DNA of 47,546 bases from Candidatus Micrarchaeota archaeon. GTDB lineage: Archaea > Micrarchaeota > Micrarchaeia > Norongarragalinales > Norongarragalinaceae. The notes beneath the pieces were generated by a model, which made no database searches, was not told the origin of the DNA, and saw only the letters and a list, made by a program, of their open reading frames with translations. Position numbers and translations under genes: made by a program. Below are positions 1-8,082 of this stretch, piece after piece. The stretch is taken from contig JABWCK010000004.1 of the NCBI GenBank assembly GCA_013360305.1, positions 1 through 47,546 on the forward strand, read 5' to 3'. How positions within the stretch are numbered: position 1 is the stretch's first letter; every line of letters starts with the position of its first letter.

Positions 1-59
1 TCAAGGACTCCATGATATCGCTAAAAGCCATACTAAAGTTTCTCAAACAACAAATGTAA
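1..59 (+). CDS. 3' end of an unidentified gene running in from the left edge (…KDSMISLKAILKFLKQQM*)
   Basis: Frame starting at nt 3 is open to TAA at 57-59 and reads as a plausible amphipathic C-terminal helix; too short to identify. Confidence 0.4.
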   Translation, partial: KDSMISLKAILKFLKQQM

Positions 60-62
60 AAC

Positions 63-90
63 CAAACTTTTAGAAAAAGTTTGACCAAAA
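63..90. repeat. AT-rich palindromic repeat copy (CAAACTTTT-AGA-AAAAGTTTG-ACCAAAA)
   Basis: Perfect 9-bp inverted repeat 63-71/75-83 plus tail; degenerate second copy at about 105-126; same family as copies at 16422, 16543, 17263, 27867 and 33395. Confidence 0.8.
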
Positions 91-175
91 CAGACCAATA
101 ATATAAAACCAAACTTTTACGAAAAAACACCCTTAACGCAATGCTATAAAACTATTCTCGAGCAAAATATTTTTC

Positions 176-1834
176 GTGACTACACTAAAGAAAACAATTC
201 AAGAAATAACTACTTCACTGAAAGGACTAGTCGAAGACCCTCAGGTAATAATTAACAAGGACTACGCGTTAGGGTTATTTGCAGTGCCTGTTTTTCAACA
301 AGCCAAGAATAGCAAGACAAACCCCATGGAGCTAGCTAAAAAAGTTTCTGAAGCGTTAAACAAGAAAAAACACGTTTTCTTTGAAAAAACAACACCCTTA
401 AGCGGGTACATTAATTTTCACGTTTCACAACACTACTACCAAGAAGCAGTGACTGAATTGTTTGAAGAAAAAAAACACAAGAAAAACAACAAGACGGCAG
501 TAATCGAGTTCTCTCAACCCAACGTAGGCAAACCATTCCACGTTGGACACATTCGTTCCACCATACTAGGCGATGTTGTTTCAAACTTGCTTGAAGAAAT
601 TGGTTGGAAAGTAGTGAGAATGAATTACTACGGAGATTCAGGAAGCCAAGTAGCTAAACTCATCCTAGCCATGCAAGAATTGAAAGACTTGCCTAAAATC
701 AAGAACGAGAAAGACTTGTTGGCATACTATATAGAAATACACAAGAAAATAGAAGAAGACCCATCGCTTGCGGAAAAATCACGCTCCATACTAGAAAAAA
801 TTGAGTCAGGCGACTCTAAAGTACTAAAAGAATTAAAGCTAGTGCGTGAAAAAAGTTACGAAGCATTCAACCGAAACTATGCATTGCTTGGAATAAAATT
901 CGATGAAGAATTAGGCGAAAGCGATTTTATAGAAAAAAGCAAGACGATAGTAAAAGAATGCTTGGACAAGAAAATAGCCAAGATAGAACCAGGCGGCGAA
1001 ACACTAGCAGTACTAGAACCAGAACTACCAAATCTAGTAATACTCCGCTCTAACGGGACTACGTTATACTCAACTCGCGACTTGGCTTTAGCTGAATACA
1101 AGTACAAAAAATACGCTTTCGATTACAGCTTGATTTTAACATCCAGCGAACAAAACTTGTACTTCAAACAAGTCATTTTATTGTTAAACAAATTGAAAAA
1201 ACCTTTCGCAGAGAAATACAACCACTCGGGTTTTGGATTGATTACTTTAGAAGAAGGAAAAATGAGTTCTCGAGAAGGAAGAGTCGTATTTTTGGAAGAC
1301 GTGTTAAACCAAGCAGTCGACTTAGCTAGACAACAAATCAAGGAAGCATATACAGAAAAAGAATTAATGAAAATAAGCCACCATGTAGGAATTGGTTCAG
1401 TCAAGTTCGCGATCTTGAGAATAAACGCTGAAAAAAACATTGCATTCTCGTTGAAGAAAATAGTTTCATTCGAAGGAGACACTGGCGCGTACATTCAATA
1501 TACTTGCGTTCGAGCTAAGAATATTTTACGCAAAACCAAAGAAGAAGCAGTAATTCACGAATTAAACAATTCTGAATCAATAAAACTAGCTTGCACTCTC
1601 TCGCAATTCCATTCGATAATAGAGCAATGCGCGGAAAACAAGCAAACGCAACCATTATGCGATTACTTGCTCAAGCTAAGTGCGGACTATTCAGAATTTT
1701 ACTCGAAACAACCCGTCTTGAAGGCAGAAAGCAAGCAATTAATGCAAACAAACCTAGCATTAACTAAAGCAACTATTCAAGTAATAGAAAAAGGCTTGAA
1801 ATTACTAGGAATAAACATTCCGGAAAGAATGTAA
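176..1834 (+). CDS. argS: Arginyl-tRNA synthetase
   Basis: EFSQPNVGKPFHVGHIRST (HIGH motif), KMSSREG, GDTGAYIQY, C-terminal PERM. Confidence 0.97.
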   Translation: MTTLKKTIQEITTSLKGLVEDPQVIINKDYALGLFAVPVFQQAKNSKTNPMELAKKVSEALNKKKHVFFEKTTPLSGYINFHVSQHYYQEAVTELFEEKKHKKNNKTAVIEFSQPNVGKPFHVGHIRSTILGDVVSNLLEEIGWKVVRMNYYGDSGSQVAKLILAMQELKDLPKIKNEKDLLAYYIEIHKKIEEDPSLAEKSRSILEKIESGDSKVLKELKLVREKSYEAFNRNYALLGIKFDEELGESDFIEKSKTIVKECLDKKIAKIEPGGETLAVLEPELPNLVILRSNGTTLYSTRDLALAEYKYKKYAFDYSLILTSSEQNLYFKQVILLLNKLKKPFAEKYNHSGFGLITLEEGKMSSREGRVVFLEDVLNQAVDLARQQIKEAYTEKELMKISHHVGIGSVKFAILRINAEKNIAFSLKKIVSFEGDTGAYIQYTCVRAKNILRKTKEEAVIHELNNSESIKLACTLSQFHSIIEQCAENKQTQPLCDYLLKLSADYSEFYSKQPVLKAESKQLMQTNLALTKATIQVIEKGLKLLGINIPERM

Positions 1835-2452
1835 ATGAAATCATTTAGAGAACCCACTAAACTGCCTAAACCAGAAGTTGACAAAATCATTGAAAGAACA
1901 AACGAAGTAATTAGTTTAGCAAGACAATGTGAAAAGATCCTCTCACCTAACACCTTAGACTTAATAAGTAAAAAAGCCAGTTCAAAAAAAATAGACGGAA
2001 GCATAAAAACAACCGAACAACGCAAATTGATTGACATTTTAGCCGGAAAAAAACTAAAAATAATACGCGTACTAACTGAAGATGGAAGTTACTTGACAGG
2101 GCTAGCTTCTGAAGGTGGAAAAAGCGATAGTTATGAATACATCATTGCAACAACTCACCCAAACCATGTAGAAAAACAAGTTCAAATAAAATTTCCAGAA
2201 GCACATGAAATAAATTTTGAAAAACACTTACAAGAATTTGCAAACGAAATAGGATACCCAATAAATATCAGTACAGACGAAGAAGAAGAAGCCGAAGCAT
2301 GGATACGAGAACAAAAAACAGATCGACACATTATTGGAGTAGACACTCAAAAAAAGCTTATTCTCCTAGATGCTAGACATTTAAGAAAAGAAAAAATAAT
2401 GCGTGCTTTTTTCAATCATATGCACGAAGCACCTAACTTGCGCCTTAACTAA
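1835..2452 (+). CDS. Hypothetical protein (orphan)
   Basis: 205-aa ATG ORF abutting the argS stop; no recognisable motif. Confidence 0.7.
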   Translation: MKSFREPTKLPKPEVDKIIERTNEVISLARQCEKILSPNTLDLISKKASSKKIDGSIKTTEQRKLIDILAGKKLKIIRVLTEDGSYLTGLASEGGKSDSYEYIIATTHPNHVEKQVQIKFPEAHEINFEKHLQEFANEIGYPINISTDEEEEAEAWIREQKTDRHIIGVDTQKKLILLDARHLRKEKIMRAFFNHMHEAPNLRLN

Positions 2453-3081
2453 ACGAATTCTTTCAGCCATTTTTTCGGGTTTTTAGATTTAACAAAAGCG
2501 CTCGCAAGCAAAACACCTTCTGCGCCCAAAGCGATTGACTCGACAAAATCAGAGTGGTTAGAAACACCCGCTCCAATCAAAGGAATTGACTTGCCTCCAA
2601 CTAAGTTAATGAATTTTTTTACTAGCACAGGCTCGTGAGTAGAAACGCTTTTGCCTGAACCAATTAGTTCAGGAGGCTCAAACGCTATAGCCCAAGGGCG
2701 CAACTCAATAATTTTCTTTGCTTCACTCAGCGAATCAACGCATACAACTAGCTTGAACCCAATCTTGTTTGCTTCGAGAATAATTTTTTTTAATTCATTA
2801 AACGGTTTTTTTCGCTCTGAATGATTCAACAAAGAACCATTAACTCCAATCGATTTCAATTGAGTTAAGCCAATGCTTCCAGTAAAAGCACCGAATTCAT
2901 TAGATTCACAGTCTTGAGCAAATATTTTTGCTTTAGGGAATTTTTTTCTTAAAAACAATAATTCTTGTTGTTGAGGGCAGATGAAAACATTCTTGAATCC
3001 AAGGGCAGCTGAAACTAGTTTTTCACTATTAGGAACAGCGCTTTCTTTGTATGCTTTAAAATTTAGAAAAACGTTAACCAC
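2449..3081 (-). CDS. tpiA: Triosephosphate isomerase, archaeal short type
   Basis: NFKAY, NHSE, AFEPPELIG, GAGV and GVLLASA motifs. Confidence 0.95.
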   Translation of the reverse strand: MVNVFLNFKAYKESAVPNSEKLVSAALGFKNVFICPQQQELLFLRKKFPKAKIFAQDCESNEFGAFTGSIGLTQLKSIGVNGSLLNHSERKKPFNELKKIILEANKIGFKLVVCVDSLSEAKKIIELRPWAIAFEPPELIGSGKSVSTHEPVLVKKFINLVGGKSIPLIGAGVSNHSDFVESIALGAEGVLLASAFVKSKNPKKWLKEFV

Positions 3082-3607
3082 TGCGCATCCTCTTCAAAAC
3101 CAATCCGCCCAACAATATTGAAACGATTATCGACGCAGCCAGAACGAAAGATTCTGCTTCGCGCGGCTTTAAGTTAGTATAAGGAATAAAAGAAGGTTGT
3201 TGTACTCTAGCGGAAGTGCAGTAATTGAATGAAGTTAATTGTTTTTCTCCTTCAAATACTGAAATAATGCAAGAACCAGTTATTACAGGCAAAACCAAGT
3301 GAATTTCTTGGTCTGGAATAAAGAATTCTCTAGTGATTATTTGACCAGTATCTCCAGACACTTCTGCAGTCTTATACCTAGAGTCAGGTACTTTGATTTC
3401 TTTCAAAACGTTGGATCCGGCTAAGTATTTCAAAACTAAAAAGTGTTCTTGGGGCAAGGAATAATCAGGCAATTCAGCATAACCGTATTCCGCTTTCTCG
3501 AAAACTAAACCAGCTTCAGTAAATTGAAGAGTTACTAGCATTGCTTGTTGTTCTACTGCTGAAGCAAACAAGGCGAAAAACATTATTGTAAGAAAAACTT
3601 TTTTCAT
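3074..3607 (-). CDS. Secreted protein with C-terminal membrane anchor
   Basis: N-terminal signal peptide (…FASA), beta-rich middle, C-terminal TM followed by KRMR; overlaps the stop of the upstream protease gene. Confidence 0.75.
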   Translation of the reverse strand: MKKVFLTIMFFALFASAVEQQAMLVTLQFTEAGLVFEKAEYGYAELPDYSLPQEHFLVLKYLAGSNVLKEIKVPDSRYKTAEVSGDTGQIITREFFIPDQEIHLVLPVITGSCIISVFEGEKQLTSFNYCTSARVQQPSFIPYTNLKPREAESFVLAASIIVSILLGGLVLKRMRSG

Positions 3608-5355
3608 TTGTATTTACTCAACTCGTATTCAATGCTCCAAACATCCGAAGGAGCATAAACTTCTCTTTCTAGCGACTGCATTACGCTGTCTTCAAACACT
3701 TCATGCCAATTCTCGTTGGCTACGCCAGATTTTACGTCAATGCTTCTGCAAGTATTGTTAAATACTCGGCCAGCTACATTGAAGCACTCGAATCGATTGT
3801 TAAACAAGTTAGGCTGTGGATCTTTTTGAACATAGTACCCGTCGCAGCAATACCTGTCGGCTAAACCGAAAGAGTGTCCAAACTCGTGTAAAAATAATTG
3901 AGGATTGTTTTTAGTCAAGAATATTTCGTTTCCACCAGAACCGCCATACTTGTCGGTATTAATTACTACTACTGAAACGTCAGCAAAAGGACAAGCTGCT
4001 GCATAACTTTCATCAAGATCGCAATTCCAAAGCCTCGATTCTACTCCAACATCACCTAGAATGCTGCATTCAACATTGAAAGGATAATAGTAAACGTTTA
4101 GTTTATTCTGGTTTTTTTCTTCAGAGAACGGCTTTAGAGAAAAAACGGATCCAGTGAAAGAATCCACTTGGTCAAGCAATTCATTAACATTCGAGAAGCT
4201 AGACGGAGAGAAAACTACATCGATTTTTTGAGAAGAATCTCCATGGTAAAGCAATTGCTTGCAAGGACTAATAATTACTTTAACTGGCTCGGATTCAACA
4301 ATTCTTCCAGTGAACCCAATTACTCTAACGAGCAAAGAATACTGGCCATTCAAGGGAGGAATTACTTGAATACTCCAGTCTTTTCCTCCTTGAGCCTTAA
4401 ACCAATTTTCTCCATCAAAACTAACCTGCACTTCCCTAGGTTGTTTTGACGACTTAACCCGTCCCTTAACTATAAGCAATGGTTCAGAAATAATTTTTTC
4501 ACTAGTAGGATAATCAATAAACAACTCAGAATCGTCAATTAATTTTTCAGTTAATAAAAACAAAGCACGCTTATCGTTCAATTTTAATAGTTTTATTACT
4601 ATACCAGAAGCTTCAATTTCGTTTCCTTCAGTTAAAATGGTTCTAGGAATAAGCGTTTTTTCTCCTTGAGAAATCTTTATTGAAGCAGAATTAGAACCAA
4701 CGTCAACTAATTGAATAGTTACTCCTTTAAAGGAATAAACGCCGTTTTTTTCTAGTTGTTCTTGAACTGATTCGCCTAAATCGTTTACTTGCGATTCGCT
4801 TGAAGCTTTTTCAGCATTTAAGAAATCAAAAGAAGAAGATTGAACTTGAGTTGGCTTCGAAACGATTTCAACTAACTTGTTTTTTGACAAAGACAACTCT
4901 AACGGCTCCAACCTTAAAGTAACAAAACTAGCTTGTTTTATGTCAACAATTTTCTCTTGCTTTTTGAAGCCATCGAGTTCAACTTTGAAAGAAACTAGTT
5001 TTTTAGGAACATTGTCAAAAAAAACCCTTCCACTTGCAGACAATGAACCGGCCATTTCTTGGCCGTCCACTAATAACAAAACCCTAGCGCCACTAATTGG
5101 AGAATTGTCTAAAGAACTAACTACGCTCAAGTTAACGCCAGTAGTATCGCGAGGTTGTGAAAACCACCACAGCAAGGTTAAAACTAAAACACCCAGCAAT
5201 ACTAGTAACGGCAGCAGTATTTTTTTTGGTTCTTGCAGAGAGTAATAAGTCTGATCTTCTTGGTCTCCTAAACTAATTGGAGAAATTTGACCACGACCAC
5301 CCCGGGGGCGTGCCCCCACACTGGTCGACCCTCCCCCGTTAAAAATTCTCGACAT
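3604..5355 (-). CDS. Membrane-anchored zinc metallopeptidase (M64/IgA-peptidase-like metzincin) with prealbumin/carboxypeptidase-regulatory-like and Ig-like domains
   Basis: TM segment near residues 47-65; SPISGARV…GFKK segment; HEFGHSFGLAD (HExxHxxGxxD), Met-turn-like SVMQS, KIDVVF…KLNVYY typical of M64-like domains. Confidence 0.75.
   Translation of the reverse strand: MSRIFNGGGSTSVGARPRGGRGQISPISLGDQEDQTYYSLQEPKKILLPLLVLLGVLVLTLLWWFSQPRDTTGVNLSVVSSLDNSPISGARVLLLVDGQEMAGSLSASGRVFFDNVPKKLVSFKVELDGFKKQEKIVDIKQASFVTLRLEPLELSLSKNKLVEIVSKPTQVQSSSFDFLNAEKASSESQVNDLGESVQEQLEKNGVYSFKGVTIQLVDVGSNSASIKISQGEKTLIPRTILTEGNEIEASGIVIKLLKLNDKRALFLLTEKLIDDSELFIDYPTSEKIISEPLLIVKGRVKSSKQPREVQVSFDGENWFKAQGGKDWSIQVIPPLNGQYSLLVRVIGFTGRIVESEPVKVIISPCKQLLYHGDSSQKIDVVFSPSSFSNVNELLDQVDSFTGSVFSLKPFSEEKNQNKLNVYYYPFNVECSILGDVGVESRLWNCDLDESYAAACPFADVSVVVINTDKYGGSGGNEIFLTKNNPQLFLHEFGHSFGLADRYCCDGYYVQKDPQPNLFNNRFECFNVAGRVFNNTCRSIDVKSGVANENWHEVFEDSVMQSLEREVYAPSDVWSIEYELSKYK
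5289..5340. repeat. GC-rich structured element, copy B
   Basis: CGACCA 5294-5299 / TGGTCG 5322-5327 stem; GGGGG 5304-5308 can pair with CCCCC 5313-5317 or 5333-5337; shares four collinear blocks with 28916-28977. Confidence 0.6.
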
Positions 5356-5388
5356 TTGAAAAAATTAATGACGCATAGTTAATATTGT

Positions 5389-6135
5389 TTATTTTAGCGA
5401 ATCAAATAATTCTTTTGCGTCACACTTGACGCCTAGTTTCTTGAAATACTTGCAAACATTCCAGCAATCGCTTTCCAAAAACTCTCTAGCACGAGGATGT
5501 TCAAGAGAAACTGCTTGAGCCCAGTCAATAAAAACCGGTTTTTCGTCGCGTACTAAAATATTGAAAGAACTCAAGTCGGCATGAACTAGTCCCGCTTTTA
5601 CGCATAATTTCATGTTTTCTACTACTTCGTTGAAAAACTTTTTAGGATTGCTTAAAACAACATCTTCAAGCAAAGCACAAGGCACTCCGTCAACGCCTAT
5701 GAACTCCATTAAAACCACGTTTTCTCGGTGATGCTTGGGTTCAGGAACTGAAACGCCTGCTTTGAATGATACTTGCAAGTTAGCGTATTCTTTTCTAGCC
5801 CACAATTTTACGAATTCTCTTTTAGAGTTCTTGACAGCGTCAACGTTGAACCTAGGATCGCCTTGAATGTAATCCATTACTTTATGAAAAGAAGTCGTCT
5901 CGTACTTGAATATTTTGACAGCAATAAACGTTTTCCTATAACCACTAGCTCGAAAAACAACTGCTTCCTTGCCTTGAGAAACAGGATAATCCAAACTCTT
6001 GAATACTGCCGAATTCAAGTATTTCACTAACACTTCAAGAGTGTGGTCATCAAACACTTTGCCGGAAATCTTTAACCTTTCTTTAAACGGTTTTTCTTCC
6101 CGAGAAGGACGCTTGCGTTTACTTAAAGTAGCCAT
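5389..6135 (-). CDS. rio1: RIO1-type serine/threonine kinase
   Basis: SQGKEAVVF, AVKIF, WARKEYANL, HADLSSFNIL, FIDWAQ; start placed at MATLS. Confidence 0.95.
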   Translation of the reverse strand: MATLSKRKRPSREEKPFKERLKISGKVFDDHTLEVLVKYLNSAVFKSLDYPVSQGKEAVVFRASGYRKTFIAVKIFKYETTSFHKVMDYIQGDPRFNVDAVKNSKREFVKLWARKEYANLQVSFKAGVSVPEPKHHRENVVLMEFIGVDGVPCALLEDVVLSNPKKFFNEVVENMKLCVKAGLVHADLSSFNILVRDEKPVFIDWAQAVSLEHPRAREFLESDCWNVCKYFKKLGVKCDAKELFDSLK

Positions 6136-6174
6136 AGTAAAACAATAAAGCACAAGCTAGTATTTCAATTAAAA

Positions 6175-6465
6175 CTACTTGTGTTTTTTAGCGATTTCCC
6201 ATGCTTTAGGGTTATCAGCAAAAACAGAAACTTCTTCATGAAGCTGTTTTAAACGGCGATAATAATCCGCGCCAACATTCACGCTAGGCTGTTTATCTGA
6301 ATCAGGAGACAACCTGCGTTCTAGTTCTCGTCTGAAAGCCCATAATGAAACTCTTCCATTTCGAGTATTTAATTCTTCAAGAATGTTATGACCTTCGCTA
6401 AACCTTGCTCTATTCAAAAAAGACTTTATATGAGCATAATCGTTTGATTGGTGAATTCCGGGCAT
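6175..6465 (-). CDS. Hypothetical protein (orphan)
   Basis: 96-aa ATG ORF filling the eif1a-rio1 gap on the same strand. Confidence 0.6.
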   Translation of the reverse strand: MPGIHQSNDYAHIKSFLNRARFSEGHNILEELNTRNGRVSLWAFRRELERRLSPDSDKQPSVNVGADYYRRLKQLHEEVSVFADNPKAWEIAKKHK

Positions 6466-6500
6466 ATTATAAGAAAAGAAGAAATAGAATTTATTACTTT

Positions 6501-6797
6501 TTACTGGAATTCTTTCAAGAATCCTCTTCTTCGCAAGTGATCTGCTTGAAGAGAAGTATACCTATAAGCAACATCAGCGCGCTCGTCGCCTTGAACAGCC
6601 CAAGGAACTACTAAAACATAGTCGCCTTCTTTGACCCAAATGCGTCTCTTTATTTTTCCAGGAACTCTACATAATCGTTCTTTTCCATCTTGGCATTGAA
6701 CAATCATTCTAGCTCCGCCTTGCATGGATATGACTAGCCCGAACAACTCGCCTTTTCGGGGAAGCCTTAATCTAAATTCTTGAGGTTGATCTTCCAT
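6501..6797 (-). CDS. eif1a: Translation initiation factor aIF-1A
   Basis: RLPRKGELFG…RLCRVPGKIKRRIWVKEGDYVLV. Confidence 0.96.
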   Translation of the reverse strand: MEDQPQEFRLRLPRKGELFGLVISMQGGARMIVQCQDGKERLCRVPGKIKRRIWVKEGDYVLVVPWAVQGDERADVAYRYTSLQADHLRRRGFLKEFQ

Positions 6798-7201
6798 TAT
6801 CTACTCGCCGGCCTCTTTGCTCCACAAGCTTGACACACTACAGTAGTCACGCCGTCAATAGTTTTCAAGTCAGTATCGGGACGCCCGCACTCCTTGCAAA
6901 CGACTCTTCCATTAAAATAATCACTAATTTTTTCATTAACTAACCTAGCATTAACTTTAGCCTGCAAAACTAGTTGAGTACCATTTAACACGCCCGGAGT
7001 AGCTAGTTCCTTGAACAAGTACTTCATTAAATCATTAGGGTCTCTTCTTAGTTTTTGGCAAATAGCATCAAAATTTCGAATAATCGTCTTGCTTCCTTGA
7101 ATAAACAATTCTGCTTGAGGCAAAACAAACCTTTCGCCCGAACTAGTCTTGTCCGGAACCTGCTGCTTCAACTTGTCTAATAATTGTTCGTAACTATCCA
7201 A
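6797..7201 (-). CDS. eif2b: Translation initiation factor aIF-2 beta subunit
   Basis: YEQLLD…ERF…KTIIRNF…CKECGRPDT…CQACGA zinc ribbon. Confidence 0.96.
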   Translation of the reverse strand: MDSYEQLLDKLKQQVPDKTSSGERFVLPQAELFIQGSKTIIRNFDAICQKLRRDPNDLMKYLFKELATPGVLNGTQLVLQAKVNARLVNEKISDYFNGRVVCKECGRPDTDLKTIDGVTTVVCQACGAKRPASR

Positions 7202-7258
7202 AAAACCACAACTCTCCTAAAAAAAAGCTTTTCTTGTAAAATATTCTTGAATAAAGGA

Positions 7259-8038
7259 TTATAAAAAGCTCACTGCGAACACTAGCCCACTAGCAACTAG
7301 CGAACCGCCTACTATCGGCGGCAAAGCCGGGTAATAACCCCGCCTAGCTTCCATTACTACAATCAAGCAAAACAAGCCAATTACTGAACCAATTATTGAA
7401 GCCAAACCGTAAACCAAACTAGTCTTCAAGAAAGCAGTCGCAAGCATTACAGGAATAACCAAGTCGCCTGTTCCCAGAGTAATTCTTTCTTTTTGAACGT
7501 TTAAAGAAACAGCAAAAGCCGCTTTTCTTTCTCCTAGTTTTTCAGCTAAAGCAACCATGTGCTTCGAGTAAAACACTGCATACAAGTCGTAAGCACTCAA
7601 ACCAATTCCTAGAATAACCGCAGGTAAAAAGTCAAGCGACGCGCCAAGCAATCCCCCAACTACGCCTGCAGAAAACAACAACAACGGTACACGCATTTTT
7701 TCACTCGCTAGCCTTAAACCAGCCGCTGCCAATCCGGCAATCATTGATAGTTCTTGAGAAACAAACAAGGAAGCGAATACTTGCGCGGCAGAAAAATAAA
7801 GCAAGTACTCAACAACTTGAAAAAGAGAAGCCCCCTTGTAAAACTTTAGTATCAAAAACAACATTACTGTAGAGAACAACACGTATCCAATAATGAATAC
7901 TGCGTTGCTTACGTCGCCCGGGTCTTCAAAAAAGCTTTGCCCGCTTAAAAACAAAGTCCAGCCAGTAAACAAGCCGAAGACTAAAGCAGCCGCAAAATAA
8001 ACTAGCAAAAGCCAAGAAACAAAACGAATCTTAATCAT
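7259..8038 (-). CDS. Presenilin/signal-peptide-peptidase family GxGD intramembrane aspartyl protease
   Basis: Multi-TM protein with YD (AYDLYAV), LGTGD and PALP motifs; start uncertain (8038 or 8050). Confidence 0.9.
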   Translation of the reverse strand: MIKIRFVSWLLLVYFAAALVFGLFTGWTLFLSGQSFFEDPGDVSNAVFIIGYVLFSTVMLFLILKFYKGASLFQVVEYLLYFSAAQVFASLFVSQELSMIAGLAAAGLRLASEKMRVPLLLFSAGVVGGLLGASLDFLPAVILGIGLSAYDLYAVFYSKHMVALAEKLGERKAAFAVSLNVQKERITLGTGDLVIPVMLATAFLKTSLVYGLASIIGSVIGLFCLIVVMEARRGYYPALPPIVGGSLVASGLVFAVSFL

Positions 8039-8082
8039 TATACCCAACAATGAAGTAGTTTAAAATAAAAAACAAGCACTCT

